From assembly GCA_965219085.1 (NCBI GenBank), contig OZ244720.1, positions 1,472,001 to 1,536,000 of the forward strand: 64,000 nucleotides of DNA, in the 5' to 3' direction. Within the stretch, counting starts at the first letter, position 1. Each line of letters begins with the position of its first letter. Source of the stretch: Dehalococcoidia bacterium (GTDB lineage Bacteria > Chloroflexota > Dehalococcoidia > UBA2979). Below the pieces are notes generated by a model. The model worked only from the letters and a program-made list of their open reading frames with translations, was not told the origin of the DNA and did not search any database. Both the position numbers and the translations under genes were made by a program. Of this stretch, positions 17,669 through 26,840 are shown one piece after another.

Positions 17669-18121
17669 ATGCCCTCGATCGCGGACACCATCCGCGCGGA
17701 CATGACGGCAGCCATGCGCGCCCGCGACGCCGGGCGTCGCGACACGCTGCGGCTGCTCATCGCCGCACTCGACAACGCGCGTATCGCCGCCGGCCGCGAC
17801 CTCGACGACCAGGAGGCCGTCGTGGCCCTCCAGCGCGAGGCGCGCCAGCGCCGCGACTCCATCGCGGAGTACCAGAAGGGCGGCCGCGACGACCTCGCCA
17901 CGCGCGAGCAGGACGAGCTCGACATCATCAGTGGGTACCTTCCCGAGGAGTTGAGCGAGGATGAAGTCCGCACCGCTATCGACGAGGTGATCGCCGAGGT
18001 CGGCGCCAGCGGGCCGGGCGACCTCGGCAAGGTGATGGGTCCGGTGATGGGGCGGGTGCGCGGCCGCGCGGACGGACGCCGCGTGAACGAGCTCGTCCGG
18101 GAGCGGCTGGCGAGCGGTTGA
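17669..18121 (+). CDS. yqeY: GatB/YqeY domain protein
   Basis: AMRARD..LRLL..RRDSI.EY..GGRDDL..GKVMG; follows rpsU. Confidence 0.9.
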   Translation: MPSIADTIRADMTAAMRARDAGRRDTLRLLIAALDNARIAAGRDLDDQEAVVALQREARQRRDSIAEYQKGGRDDLATREQDELDIISGYLPEELSEDEVRTAIDEVIAEVGASGPGDLGKVMGPVMGRVRGRADGRRVNELVRERLASG

Positions 18122-18146
18122 CGGATCGCCGCCGTCGTAGACGTCC

Positions 18147-20342
18147 GTGTCGCTGAATCGCAACGCCGAGACGACCGTCTGGTACTCGCGCGCCACCGCC
18201 GTCGTGCTCGCCCTGGTCATCGCGGCGGCGCTCACCGCGCTGTTGTTCCCGTGGTATCCGGGCGGCACGAGGCTGCGCGAGGGCGAGGGGTCGCCTTTCA
18301 CCCTCGCCGCGCCGCGCTCCATCTCATACGAATCCGACGTGCTGACCGAGGAGGCGCGCGAGGCCGCTGCGTCGGCGGTACCGGTAAAGCTCGTATTCGA
18401 TCTGTCGATCTTCCGCCGCCAGCTCGGCGAACTCGATCAGCAACTGCTCCAGATCCAGCAAGCGCGGCTGGCGACGCTTGGCGATGCCGAGCGCGAGTCG
18501 CGCATTCGCGCGGCCACCGCCGGCGCGCTCACGCAGCGGGCGATAGACTCGTTCGCCGCTGCCTCGGACGCTGAGTTCGGGGCCCTAGCCGACGAAGCGC
18601 GGATCGTGCTCGAAGCCGTCCTCGGCGGCCCGGACGTGACCGCCGAGGAGGTCGAGGAGGCGCAGCGCGGCGTCGCTTCGCGGTTCTCGGAGACGTTGAC
18701 CGCCGATGAGCTGGTCGCGCTGACCGAACTGCTCTCGCCCCTCATCGTCGCGAACGTCGTCGTCGACCCGGAGGAAACGACAGCCGCGCGCGACGTGGCG
18801 CGCAGCCGCGTCGCGGCGGTGCGCGTCACGCGCGAGCGCGGCCAGGTCCTGGTCGAGGAGGGCCGCGAGCTGACGGCCGCCGACCTGGAGATGCTCCGCC
18901 AGGCCGAATTGCACACCGCCGGTGTCGAGGTGCGCGCGGTCGCCGCGGCTGTGATCATGGCGCTGATCGCAGGCGCCGCGTGCGGGGCATACCTCTACGT
19001 GGTTCGGCCCGCCGCGCTGATCGGCGTGCGGCGGCTGACGCTGTTCACGCTGCTGCTGCTCCTCCCCGCGGTGTCCTTGAAGTTCGCGATGCCGCTGCTG
19101 CTGCCGGACATCGAGCGGCACTTCCTCGTCTACGCCATCCCGGTGGCCGCCGCGCCGATGGCGGCGGCGGTGCTGCTCGACCTCGGCGTCGCGATGCTGA
19201 TGACGCTGCTGCTCACCGCCGTGGCGTCGTTCGTGTCGATCTCACTGCCGTTCGCCGACGCGGCTGGTGGTGGGCAGCTCGAAACGGCGAGGATCTGGCT
19301 CGCTGTCACCTCCGGGTCGCTCGCCGGCGTCTTCGTCGCGTCGCGCGCGCTGCACGTGAACCGATACCTCGTGGCCGGGCTGGCGACGGGCGGTGCGGTG
19401 ATCGCCTCGCTGGTCTCGATCTGGCTGCTGGACGCCGATCGCCAGATTGCGGACCTCGCGTGGATCGTGGCCGGCGGCGCGGTCAGCGGGCTGGCGTCCG
19501 CGCTGATCGGCGTGGGCTTCTTCCTGTTGCTGAGCCGGCCGTTCGGCATCATCACGCGCGTCGAGCTGATGGAGCTCGCGCAGTTCGGGCACCCGCTGCT
19601 GCGGCGCCTGCAGGACGAGGCGCCCGGCACCTTCCAGCACTCGGTGCTCGTCAGCAACATGGCCGAGCGCGCCGCGGACCGCATCGGCGCGGACCCGCTG
19701 CTCGTGCGCGTGGGCGCCTACTACCACGACGTCGGCAAGCTCACCGCGCCGGAGTTCTTCATCGAGAACCAGTCCGCCGGCGAGGACCCGCACGCCACGC
19801 TGGACCCGCTGCAGAGCACGCGGATGATCCAGCAGCACGTGGCGGCCGGTGTCGACCTCGCGCGCCGCGGGGGCGTTCCCGCGGCCGTGGCGCAGTTCAT
19901 CCCGCAGCATCACGGCACGCGCCGCGTGCAGTTCTTCTACCGTCGCGCCGCCGCCGAGGACCCCTCGATCGACCCGGAGATCTTCCGCTACCCCGGACCT
20001 CGGCCGCAGTCACGCGAGGCGGCGATCATCATGCTTGCCGACTCCAGCGAGGCTGCCGTGCGCGCCAGCGACGATCGCACGGTCGGAGCCATCAGCACGA
20101 TCGTGAACGAGATCGTGCGCGAACGCATCGAGGAGGACCAGTTCGCGGAGTGCGACATCTCGTTGCGCGACCTGCGCATCGTCGCGGACTCGTTCGTGCA
20201 GACGCTCAACGCCGTCTACCACCCTCGCGTCGCCTACCCCGACCCGACGGAGCACGAGCTCGAGGAGCGCGAGACCGGCGGCATGGGCGAGCCCCTCACC
20301 CACGACGGCGCCGCGCAAGAGCCCTCGCAGCCGGAGGACTAG
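18147..20342 (+). CDS. 7TM-HD phosphohydrolase (PgpH-like c-di-AMP phosphodiesterase)
   Basis: Extracellular domain, TM bundle, APGTFQHS, GAYYHDVGK, QHHGT, FRYPGPRP, MLADS. Confidence 0.9.
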   Translation: MSLNRNAETTVWYSRATAVVLALVIAAALTALLFPWYPGGTRLREGEGSPFTLAAPRSISYESDVLTEEAREAAASAVPVKLVFDLSIFRRQLGELDQQLLQIQQARLATLGDAERESRIRAATAGALTQRAIDSFAAASDAEFGALADEARIVLEAVLGGPDVTAEEVEEAQRGVASRFSETLTADELVALTELLSPLIVANVVVDPEETTAARDVARSRVAAVRVTRERGQVLVEEGRELTAADLEMLRQAELHTAGVEVRAVAAAVIMALIAGAACGAYLYVVRPAALIGVRRLTLFTLLLLLPAVSLKFAMPLLLPDIERHFLVYAIPVAAAPMAAAVLLDLGVAMLMTLLLTAVASFVSISLPFADAAGGGQLETARIWLAVTSGSLAGVFVASRALHVNRYLVAGLATGGAVIASLVSIWLLDADRQIADLAWIVAGGAVSGLASALIGVGFFLLLSRPFGIITRVELMELAQFGHPLLRRLQDEAPGTFQHSVLVSNMAERAADRIGADPLLVRVGAYYHDVGKLTAPEFFIENQSAGEDPHATLDPLQSTRMIQQHVAAGVDLARRGGVPAAVAQFIPQHHGTRRVQFFYRRAAAEDPSIDPEIFRYPGPRPQSREAAIIMLADSSEAAVRASDDRTVGAISTIVNEIVRERIEEDQFAECDISLRDLRIVADSFVQTLNAVYHPRVAYPDPTEHELEERETGGMGEPLTHDGAAQEPSQPED

Positions 20343-20921
20343 TTGCCCACATTCGTGGCCCGCTGCGAGTGGGCCGGTGACGACCCCCTCATGCAGCAGT
20401 ACCACGACGACGAGTGGGGTGTCCCTCTGCACGAGGACCGCGCGCTGTTCGAGTTGCTCATCCTCGAGGGGGCCCAGGCTGGACTTTCCTGGCGCACCGT
20501 CCTGCACAGGCGCGAGGGCTACCGAGCGGCCTTCGACGGCTTCGATATCGCGACCGTCGCCGCCTACGGCGATGCCGACCGCGACCGGCTCCGCGCTGAC
20601 GCCCGCATCATCCGCAACCGCGCCAAGATCGACGCCGCCATCGCCAACGCACAGGCGACGCTCGTCGTGCAGGCCGAGCACGGCTCCCTCGACGCCTTCC
20701 TCTGGTCCTTCGTGGGCGGCAAACCCCACCGCAACGCTTTGCCCGCTCTCGCCGACCTTCCCGCGCAGACCGAGGAGTCGGACGCCATGAGCAAGGCGCT
20801 GAAGGGATACGGATTCTCCTTCGTGGGACCCACCATCTGCTACGCCTTCATGCAGTCCGCGGGCCTCGTGAACGATCACGTCACGAACTGCTTCCGCTAC
20901 GGGCAGGTGGAGAGCGCCTAG
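20343..20921 (+). CDS. tag: DNA-3-methyladenine glycosylase I
   Basis: RCEW, YHDDEWG, EGAQAGLSW, IIRNRAKI, FVGPTICY, NDH..C. Confidence 0.95.
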   Translation: MPTFVARCEWAGDDPLMQQYHDDEWGVPLHEDRALFELLILEGAQAGLSWRTVLHRREGYRAAFDGFDIATVAAYGDADRDRLRADARIIRNRAKIDAAIANAQATLVVQAEHGSLDAFLWSFVGGKPHRNALPALADLPAQTEESDAMSKALKGYGFSFVGPTICYAFMQSAGLVNDHVTNCFRYGQVESA

Positions 20922-21111
20922 GCTGTCCTATCACCGAGTCGAGGCGACAGGTGTCGGCCTTCTGAAATAGGGGCCAGGCGGCCTCGATCTCGTTCGGCCA
21001 CATCGAGGCGGGAACGTTCCGGGGGACCAGCGCGACCTCGCAGCCCGAGGACTAGCGCCACCGCTTCCCGGCCGACGTTCGGACAGCCCGGACGTGCCGT
21101 ATCATCGGTGC

Positions 21112-21816
21112 ATGCGAGCTGCGATCGTGGTTTTCCCGGGCACGTGGAGCGACGGCGACTGCGTGTTCGCCCTCGAACGCCTCGGCGTCGCGTCGCGGCG
21201 CGTGTGGCACCGCGAAACCGACCTCCGCGACGCCGACCTTGTGGTGCTGCCGGGCGGCTTTTCGTACGGCGACTACCTGCGCTGCGGCGCCATCGCCCGC
21301 TTCTCGCCCGTGATGCAGGCGGTGCGCGCGCACGCCGAGGCGGGCGGGCTCGTGATCGGCATCTGCAACGGCTTCCAGATCCTGTGCGAGGCCGGGCTGC
21401 TGCCCGGCATCCTCATGCGCAACGCCTCGCTGCAGTTCCGCTGCCAGCCCACCCACCTCGTGGCCGCCGAGCACCTCTCGCCGTTCACCGCGGGCATCGA
21501 GCCCGGCCGCGTGCTGCAGGTGCCGATCTCCCACGGCGAGGGCAACTACTTCGCCGATGCCGCGACCCTTGAGGCGATCGAGGCGGAGCAGCGCGTCGCG
21601 TTCCGCTACTGCACAGCCGACGGCGCGGTGACGGCCGAGGCGAACCCCAACGGCTCGGTCGCGAACATCGCGGGCGTGCTCAACGAGCGCCGCAACGTGC
21701 TCGGTATGATGCCGCACCCGGAGCGCGCCTCCGCCGCGCTGCTCGGCGGCGAGGACGGCAACGCGATCTGGCAGTCCGCGCTGGCAAGCCTCGAAGCGAA
21801 GGTCTCGGCGGCCTGA
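21112..21816 (+). CDS. purQ: FGAM synthase glutaminase subunit
   Basis: PGGFSYGDYLR, GICNGFQIL, HGEG, NPNGS, MMPHPER. Confidence 0.96.
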   Translation: MRAAIVVFPGTWSDGDCVFALERLGVASRRVWHRETDLRDADLVVLPGGFSYGDYLRCGAIARFSPVMQAVRAHAEAGGLVIGICNGFQILCEAGLLPGILMRNASLQFRCQPTHLVAAEHLSPFTAGIEPGRVLQVPISHGEGNYFADAATLEAIEAEQRVAFRYCTADGAVTAEANPNGSVANIAGVLNERRNVLGMMPHPERASAALLGGEDGNAIWQSALASLEAKVSAA

Positions 21817-21856
21817 CCAGCGCTCGCGAACGCTCCCACCGGGAAGGAGGCGCGTC

Positions 21857-22511
21857 GTGAGCGCCGATTACATAGACCAGTCTGGTGCGCGCTACCCCGC
21901 GCGGCTCGACATCGACTACCCGGAGGAGGGGCTGAACCGCGTCACGACGCTGTTTCGCATCATCATGCTGATCCCGGTCGGCATCGTGATTAACTTGCTG
22001 AGCAGTGGTTTACGGGAACATATACGAGGTCGGCGACGCCACCTGGATCGTGATCTCCTCAGGTGGCTTCCTCTTCGGCCCGACGCTGCTGATGTTGCTG
22101 TTCCGCCGCAAGTACCCGCGTTGGTGGTTCGACTGGAACCTCGAGCTCATGCGCTTCTCGACGCGTGTCTTCGCGTACTTCCTGCTGATGCGCGACGAGT
22201 ACCCCTCGACCGACGAGGAGCAGGCGGTCCACCTCGAGCTCGACTACCCCGAAGCCGAGCGCGACCTGAACCGCTGGCTGCCGCTGGTGAAGTGGCTGCT
22301 GGCGATCCCGCACTACATCGTGCTGACGCTCCTCGGGGTCATCGCGATGCTGCTGCTGGTGGTCGCGTGGTTCGCGATCGTGTTCACGGGGCGCTACCCG
22401 CGCGGGATATTCCGCTTCATGCTGGGCGTGAACCGCTGGTCGCTGCGCGTGGCGGCCTACATGTGGCTGCTCACCACCGACCGCTACCCGCCCTTCAGCT
22501 TCGAGGAGTAG
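21857..22511 (+). pseudogene. DUF4389-like membrane protein, frameshifted near 22005
   Basis: N-terminus in the frame of 21857, C-terminus in the frame of 22005; homologous to the adjacent intact copy. Confidence 0.7.
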
Positions 22512-22581
22512 GGTAGGGACGCAGGCGCCGCCAGCCGGTCACCACCCCTGCCGGCGCCGCGAGCCACGGCAGGAGTGCGCA

Positions 22582-23157
22582 ATGGCGGCCGACATGAGCG
22601 ACTACCCGGTCACGTTCGATGTCGCATACCCGGAGTCGCCGAGCCGCTGGCTCATCCTCGTGCGGTGGTTACTGGCGATCCCGCACCTGGTGGTGCTGTA
22701 CTTCCTCAGCCTCATCGCCGCGCTGGTGTGGGTCGTCTCGTTCTTCACGATTCTCGTTGCCGGGACGTACCCGGACAGCCTCTACCGCTTCATGGTGGGC
22801 GTGACTCGCTGGAGTCTGAACGTCAACGCCTACGTCCTGTTCCTCGACCGCTATCCGCCGTTCAGCATGGACGCCACCGACTACGAGGAGGTCACGTTCA
22901 CGGTCGAAAAGCCGGACTTCAACCGCTGGCTCGTGCTCGTGAAGTGGCTGCTCGTGATCCCGCACCTGATCGTGCTTACGGTGCTCGGCGTCATTGCCCT
23001 CGTCGCCGCCCTCCTGCTCGCGATCGGCGTGCTGGTGATGGGGCGGTACCCGCGCGGGCTGTTCGACTTCCTCGTCGGCGTCGGGCGCTGGGAGGCACGG
23101 GCGAACGCCTACATGACGTTCCTCGTCGACGCCTACCCGCCGTTCTCGCTGCGATAG
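22582..23157 (+). CDS. DUF4389-like membrane protein (two internal repeats)
   Basis: Repeated RWL.LV[KR]WLLxIPH...G.YP...YPPFS. Confidence 0.85.
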   Translation: MAADMSDYPVTFDVAYPESPSRWLILVRWLLAIPHLVVLYFLSLIAALVWVVSFFTILVAGTYPDSLYRFMVGVTRWSLNVNAYVLFLDRYPPFSMDATDYEEVTFTVEKPDFNRWLVLVKWLLVIPHLIVLTVLGVIALVAALLLAIGVLVMGRYPRGLFDFLVGVGRWEARANAYMTFLVDAYPPFSLR

Positions 23158-23197
23158 CGGTTCTGGCTCGAATGGCTGCGCGGCCGGGACACCGACG

Positions 23198-23431
23198 TTC
23201 GACACACTGAAGGCGTTCCGCCGGTTGCGTGAGGCCGGCTTCGATGAAGCTCAGGCCGAGGCGATTGTGCGAGTCGCTGCTGATCGCTCGGCGGCGCGGA
23301 ACCGTGCCGAGGGCTACGCATCGTCACGCGTCGACGAACGAGAGGGCCGCTGGGATCCGACGCCCTGGTTCGCGCTCTTCATCGCTGCGTGTACGAGCAT
23401 CATCATCTCTGCGATCGTCATCTTCGACTGA
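23198..23431 (+). CDS. DUF1640/CCDC90-like small protein, possibly degenerate
   Basis: In-frame FDTLKAFRRLREAGFDEAQAEAI and a C-terminal TM; first canonical start is TTG 23225. Confidence 0.5.
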   Translation, partial: FDTLKAFRRLREAGFDEAQAEAIVRVAADRSAARNRAEGYASSRVDEREGRWDPTPWFALFIAACTSIIISAIVIFD

Positions 23432-23482
23432 CGTCGCGCCGCGCTCTTCCCCCTCCGCCCCGTCTCCGCGAAGCTAGCGGCG

Positions 23483-25696
23483 ATGCCCGTCGACGACACC
23501 ACCCTCGAACGCATCGCGCTCTCCCGCGCCGAGTACGAGCGGCTCGTCGGCATGCTCGACCGCGAGCCCAACGAACTCGAACTCGGCATGGCGGCGGCGC
23601 TCTGGTCCGAGCACTGTGGCTACAAGCACACCCGCCCGCTGTTCCGCCACTTCCCCACCACCGGCCCGCGCGTCCTCACCGAAGCCGGCGCCGAGAACGC
23701 CGGCGCGATCGACCTCGGCGACGGCTGGTGCGCCGTCTTCAAGATGGAGTCCCACAACCACCCCTCGGCGATCGAGCCCTACGAGGGCGCCGCGACGGGC
23801 GTGGGCGGCATCCTGCGCGACATCTTCGCGATGGGCATGCGCCCCGTGGCCCTGCTCGACTCGCTGCGCTTCGGGCCGCTCGACGAGGCGCGCAACCGGC
23901 ACCTGTTCTCGGGCGTCGTCGCCGGCATCGGCGGCTACGGCAACTGCGTCGGCGTGCCCACCGTCGGCGGTGAGGTGCAGTTCGACCCCGCCTACGGCGG
24001 CAACCCGCTCGTCAACGCCATGTGCCTGGGCGTCGGGCGCATCGAGCACCTCCTCTCCGCCTCGGCCCGCGGTCCCGGTAACCCGCTCGTGCTCGTCGGC
24101 GCCGACACCGGCCGCGACGGCATCCACGGCGCGACCTTCGCCTCCGTCGAGCTCGACGACGCCTCCGAGGAGCGCCGCCCCGCCGTCCAGGTCGGCAACC
24201 CGTTCATGGAGAAGCTGCTGCTCGAGGCCTGCGTCGAGCTGGCCGAGCATCACGGCGACTGGGTCGAGGGCCTGCAAGACCTCGGCGCAGCCGGGCTCAC
24301 GTCGAGCGCCGTCGAGGCGGCCGCGCGCGCGGGCACCGGCATCGAGATCGACGTGGCGCGCGTGCCGCGCCGCGAGGCGCACATGACGCCCGACGAGGTC
24401 ATGCTCTCCGAGTCGCAGGAGCGGATGCTGGTCATCCCGAAGCGTGAGCACCTCGACGACGTGCTCGCGCTGTTCCGCCGCTGGGAGTTGCACGCCGACG
24501 TCGTCGGCGAGGTCACCGACGACGGCTACGCCACCATCCGCGACGGTGAGACCATCGCCGCGCGCATCCCCGTCGCCGTGCTCACCGACCCGCCGCAGTA
24601 CGAGCTCGACACCGAGCGCCCGCCGGACCTCGACCGCCGCCAGGCGGAGGACCTGAGCGCGCTGCCGGACTGCGAGGACCCCACTGGCGAGCTGCTCGCC
24701 CTGCTCGGCTCCCAGAACATCGCGAGCCGGCGCTGGATCTACCGCCAGTACGACCACGAGGTGCTGACCGGCACCGTCGTGCCGCCGGGCGGCGACGCCG
24801 CGCTGATCTGGCTCAAGGGCACCGACCGCGCCCTCGCCGTCGCCACCGACTGCAACGGCCGGCTCGTCGAGCTCGAGCCGCGCACAGGCGCCGCCTGCGC
24901 GGTCGCCGAGGCGGCGCGCAACGTCGTCGCCGTGGGCGCGACGCCGCTGGCGGTGACGGACTGCCTCAACTTCGGCAACCCGGAGCGCCCGGGCATCGCC
25001 TACCAGATCGAGCAGGCAATCCTCGGGCTATCGGACGCCTGCCGCGCCTTCGCGACGCCCGTGGTCTCGGGCAACGCCTCGCTCTACAACGAGACGCCGG
25101 CCGGCGCCGTGCTCCCGACGCCGACCGTCGGGATGCTCGGGGTCCTCGACGATGTCGAGCGCCGCCTCACGACCGCGATCGGCGCGGGCGACGAGGTGCT
25201 CCTGCTCGGCGCGCCGCTCGCGCAGCCCGCCGGGGCGCTCGCCGGCTCCGAGTACCTCGCGACGCACCACGGCCGCGTCGCCGGCGCCCCGGCGATCGAC
25301 CTCGACCTCGAAGCACGCGTGCAGCACCTCGTGCTCGACGCCAACGCGCGCGGACTGCTGACCGCAGCCCACGATCTGGCGGACGGCGGCCTTGCCGTTG
25401 CGCTCGCAGAGTGCTGCCTCGCCGGCGACGTGGGCCTCGACGCGCGGGACGCCGACCTCAGCACACGCCTCGACGCGGCGCTGTTCGGGGAGGCGCAATC
25501 GCGCTTCGTCGTCGCGGTCCCGGACACCGAGGCCCGTAGCGCCCTCGAGGCGCTCGCCGCCGAGGCTGGCGTCGAGGTGGTCGGGATCGGCATGGCGCAG
25601 GGTGATCGGCTGCAGCTCGGGCCCGTCGACGCGTCGGTGGGGGCGTTGCGGGAGGCGTACGAGGGTGGGTTGCCGCGGGCGCTGGAGGCGGGGTAG
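23483..25696 (+). CDS. purL: FGAM synthase subunit PurL
   Basis: WSEHCGYK, ESHNHPS, DGIHGA, QDLGAAG, SESQERM, DCLNFGNP. Confidence 0.97.
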   Translation: MPVDDTTLERIALSRAEYERLVGMLDREPNELELGMAAALWSEHCGYKHTRPLFRHFPTTGPRVLTEAGAENAGAIDLGDGWCAVFKMESHNHPSAIEPYEGAATGVGGILRDIFAMGMRPVALLDSLRFGPLDEARNRHLFSGVVAGIGGYGNCVGVPTVGGEVQFDPAYGGNPLVNAMCLGVGRIEHLLSASARGPGNPLVLVGADTGRDGIHGATFASVELDDASEERRPAVQVGNPFMEKLLLEACVELAEHHGDWVEGLQDLGAAGLTSSAVEAAARAGTGIEIDVARVPRREAHMTPDEVMLSESQERMLVIPKREHLDDVLALFRRWELHADVVGEVTDDGYATIRDGETIAARIPVAVLTDPPQYELDTERPPDLDRRQAEDLSALPDCEDPTGELLALLGSQNIASRRWIYRQYDHEVLTGTVVPPGGDAALIWLKGTDRALAVATDCNGRLVELEPRTGAACAVAEAARNVVAVGATPLAVTDCLNFGNPERPGIAYQIEQAILGLSDACRAFATPVVSGNASLYNETPAGAVLPTPTVGMLGVLDDVERRLTTAIGAGDEVLLLGAPLAQPAGALAGSEYLATHHGRVAGAPAIDLDLEARVQHLVLDANARGLLTAAHDLADGGLAVALAECCLAGDVGLDARDADLSTRLDAALFGEAQSRFVVAVPDTEARSALEALAAEAGVEVVGIGMAQGDRLQLGPVDASVGALREAYEGGLPRALEAG

Positions 25697-25749
25697 CCGA
25701 CACGCGTTCGGCCTGCCGCCGGGGTGGTACCCTTCTGAGGGGAGCACAC

Positions 25750-26301
25750 ATGTCCGAGTACCAACCTACGTTTGATGAACGGAAGTTCAGGAACCTTGTG
25801 CTGTACATTGGGCAGCGCGCATGGGATGACCCAACGCTGGGTAAGACGCGCCTCTACAAGACGCTGTGGCTGAGCGACTTCCTGGCATATGCGCGCTTGG
25901 GGCGCTCGATCACTGGTGCCGACTACGTGCACATGCCGCAAGGCCCCGGCCCCGACAACGCTGAGCATCTATTGCAGCAGATGCTCGAGAACGGTGAGTT
26001 GCTACTTCGTTCCGAACCCAGGTTCGCTTACTCGATCCAGCGACCTCTCGCGCTACGAGAGCCTGAACTCGACGAAGTATTTGCGCCCTCAGAGATAGCT
26101 ATCGTCGAGGAAGTGCTGCGTCAGTTCGACGGACAACGAGCGGTGGACACTAGTGACTGGTCGCACGAGAACAGCGTCGGGTGGCGGCTCACAGACGACG
26201 GCGAGCGCATCCCTTACGAGACAGTGTTCCTCTCCGCCGAGAGTCCGACCACGGACGACGAGCGATGGGCAAAGGATGTGCTGAGGACCAGGAGTGGCTG
26301 A
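25750..26301 (+). CDS. Panacea (SocA/DUF4065) domain antitoxin
   Basis: LGKTRLYKTLWLSDF..Y...GRSITG..Y..MPQGP...DWSH...W..IPY; lower GC. Confidence 0.85.
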   Translation: MSEYQPTFDERKFRNLVLYIGQRAWDDPTLGKTRLYKTLWLSDFLAYARLGRSITGADYVHMPQGPGPDNAEHLLQQMLENGELLLRSEPRFAYSIQRPLALREPELDEVFAPSEIAIVEEVLRQFDGQRAVDTSDWSHENSVGWRLTDDGERIPYETVFLSAESPTTDDERWAKDVLRTRSG

Positions 26302-26563
26302 CGGCCCGCCAGTCCAGATCCTGCGCTCGGACGACTTCTTGGCAGACTGCCGCTCTCTTGGTGTCCCGGAGCACGCGATCAGCGGGATCGTGCGGGCCGT
26401 GATGTTTACGTTTGAGAGGGATCCTTCGCTGCAGAGCAGGCAGTGGGGGTCGCTGCTCATTGCCACCCTCACGCGGGGAGACGGTTCGCGGATTCAGCGC
26501 CCGCGCGTGGCGTGGGTGCGCCTCGGCGACGATGTGCGACTCGACGGCATCAGCGAGAGCTGA
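26294..26563 (+). CDS. putative toxin, RelE/ParE-like size and pattern
   Basis: 89 aa, 8-nt overlap with the Panacea gene, GGAG RBS. Confidence 0.55.
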   Translation: MADGPPVQILRSDDFLADCRSLGVPEHAISGIVRAVMFTFERDPSLQSRQWGSLLIATLTRGDGSRIQRPRVAWVRLGDDVRLDGISES

Positions 26564-26578
26564 CTGCATCTACCGCTG

Positions 26579-26618
26579 GAACATCTGTTTGACAGGCGTG
26601 GTACGCATGTTCTACCAT
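26579..26618 (+). promoter_or_regulatory. sigma70 promoter overlapped by two LexA (GAAC-N4-GTTC)-like boxes
   Basis: GAACATCTGTTT 26579-26590; TTGACA 26589-26594; GTACGCATGTTC 26601-26612; TACCAT 26613-26618. Confidence 0.65.
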
Positions 26619-26840
26619 CGGCCCGATGCGCCGGTGATGGTGGAGGTGATGCGGCACGGCGATTGCGCTTGATCAACGGTCGTGACTAGCCTGTGTGGGC
26701 AACCGAGCGGGCTTGTCTACAGCGCTGCCGCTCCCTGTGGCGGTGTGTGTAAGGCCTCGTTGACAACGTATGAGCCGCCCAGCCGCGCGACCGCCAATAT
26801 CACTGGCGTCCCGGCTCCGGCACGGCGAGAGGGTTTCGGC

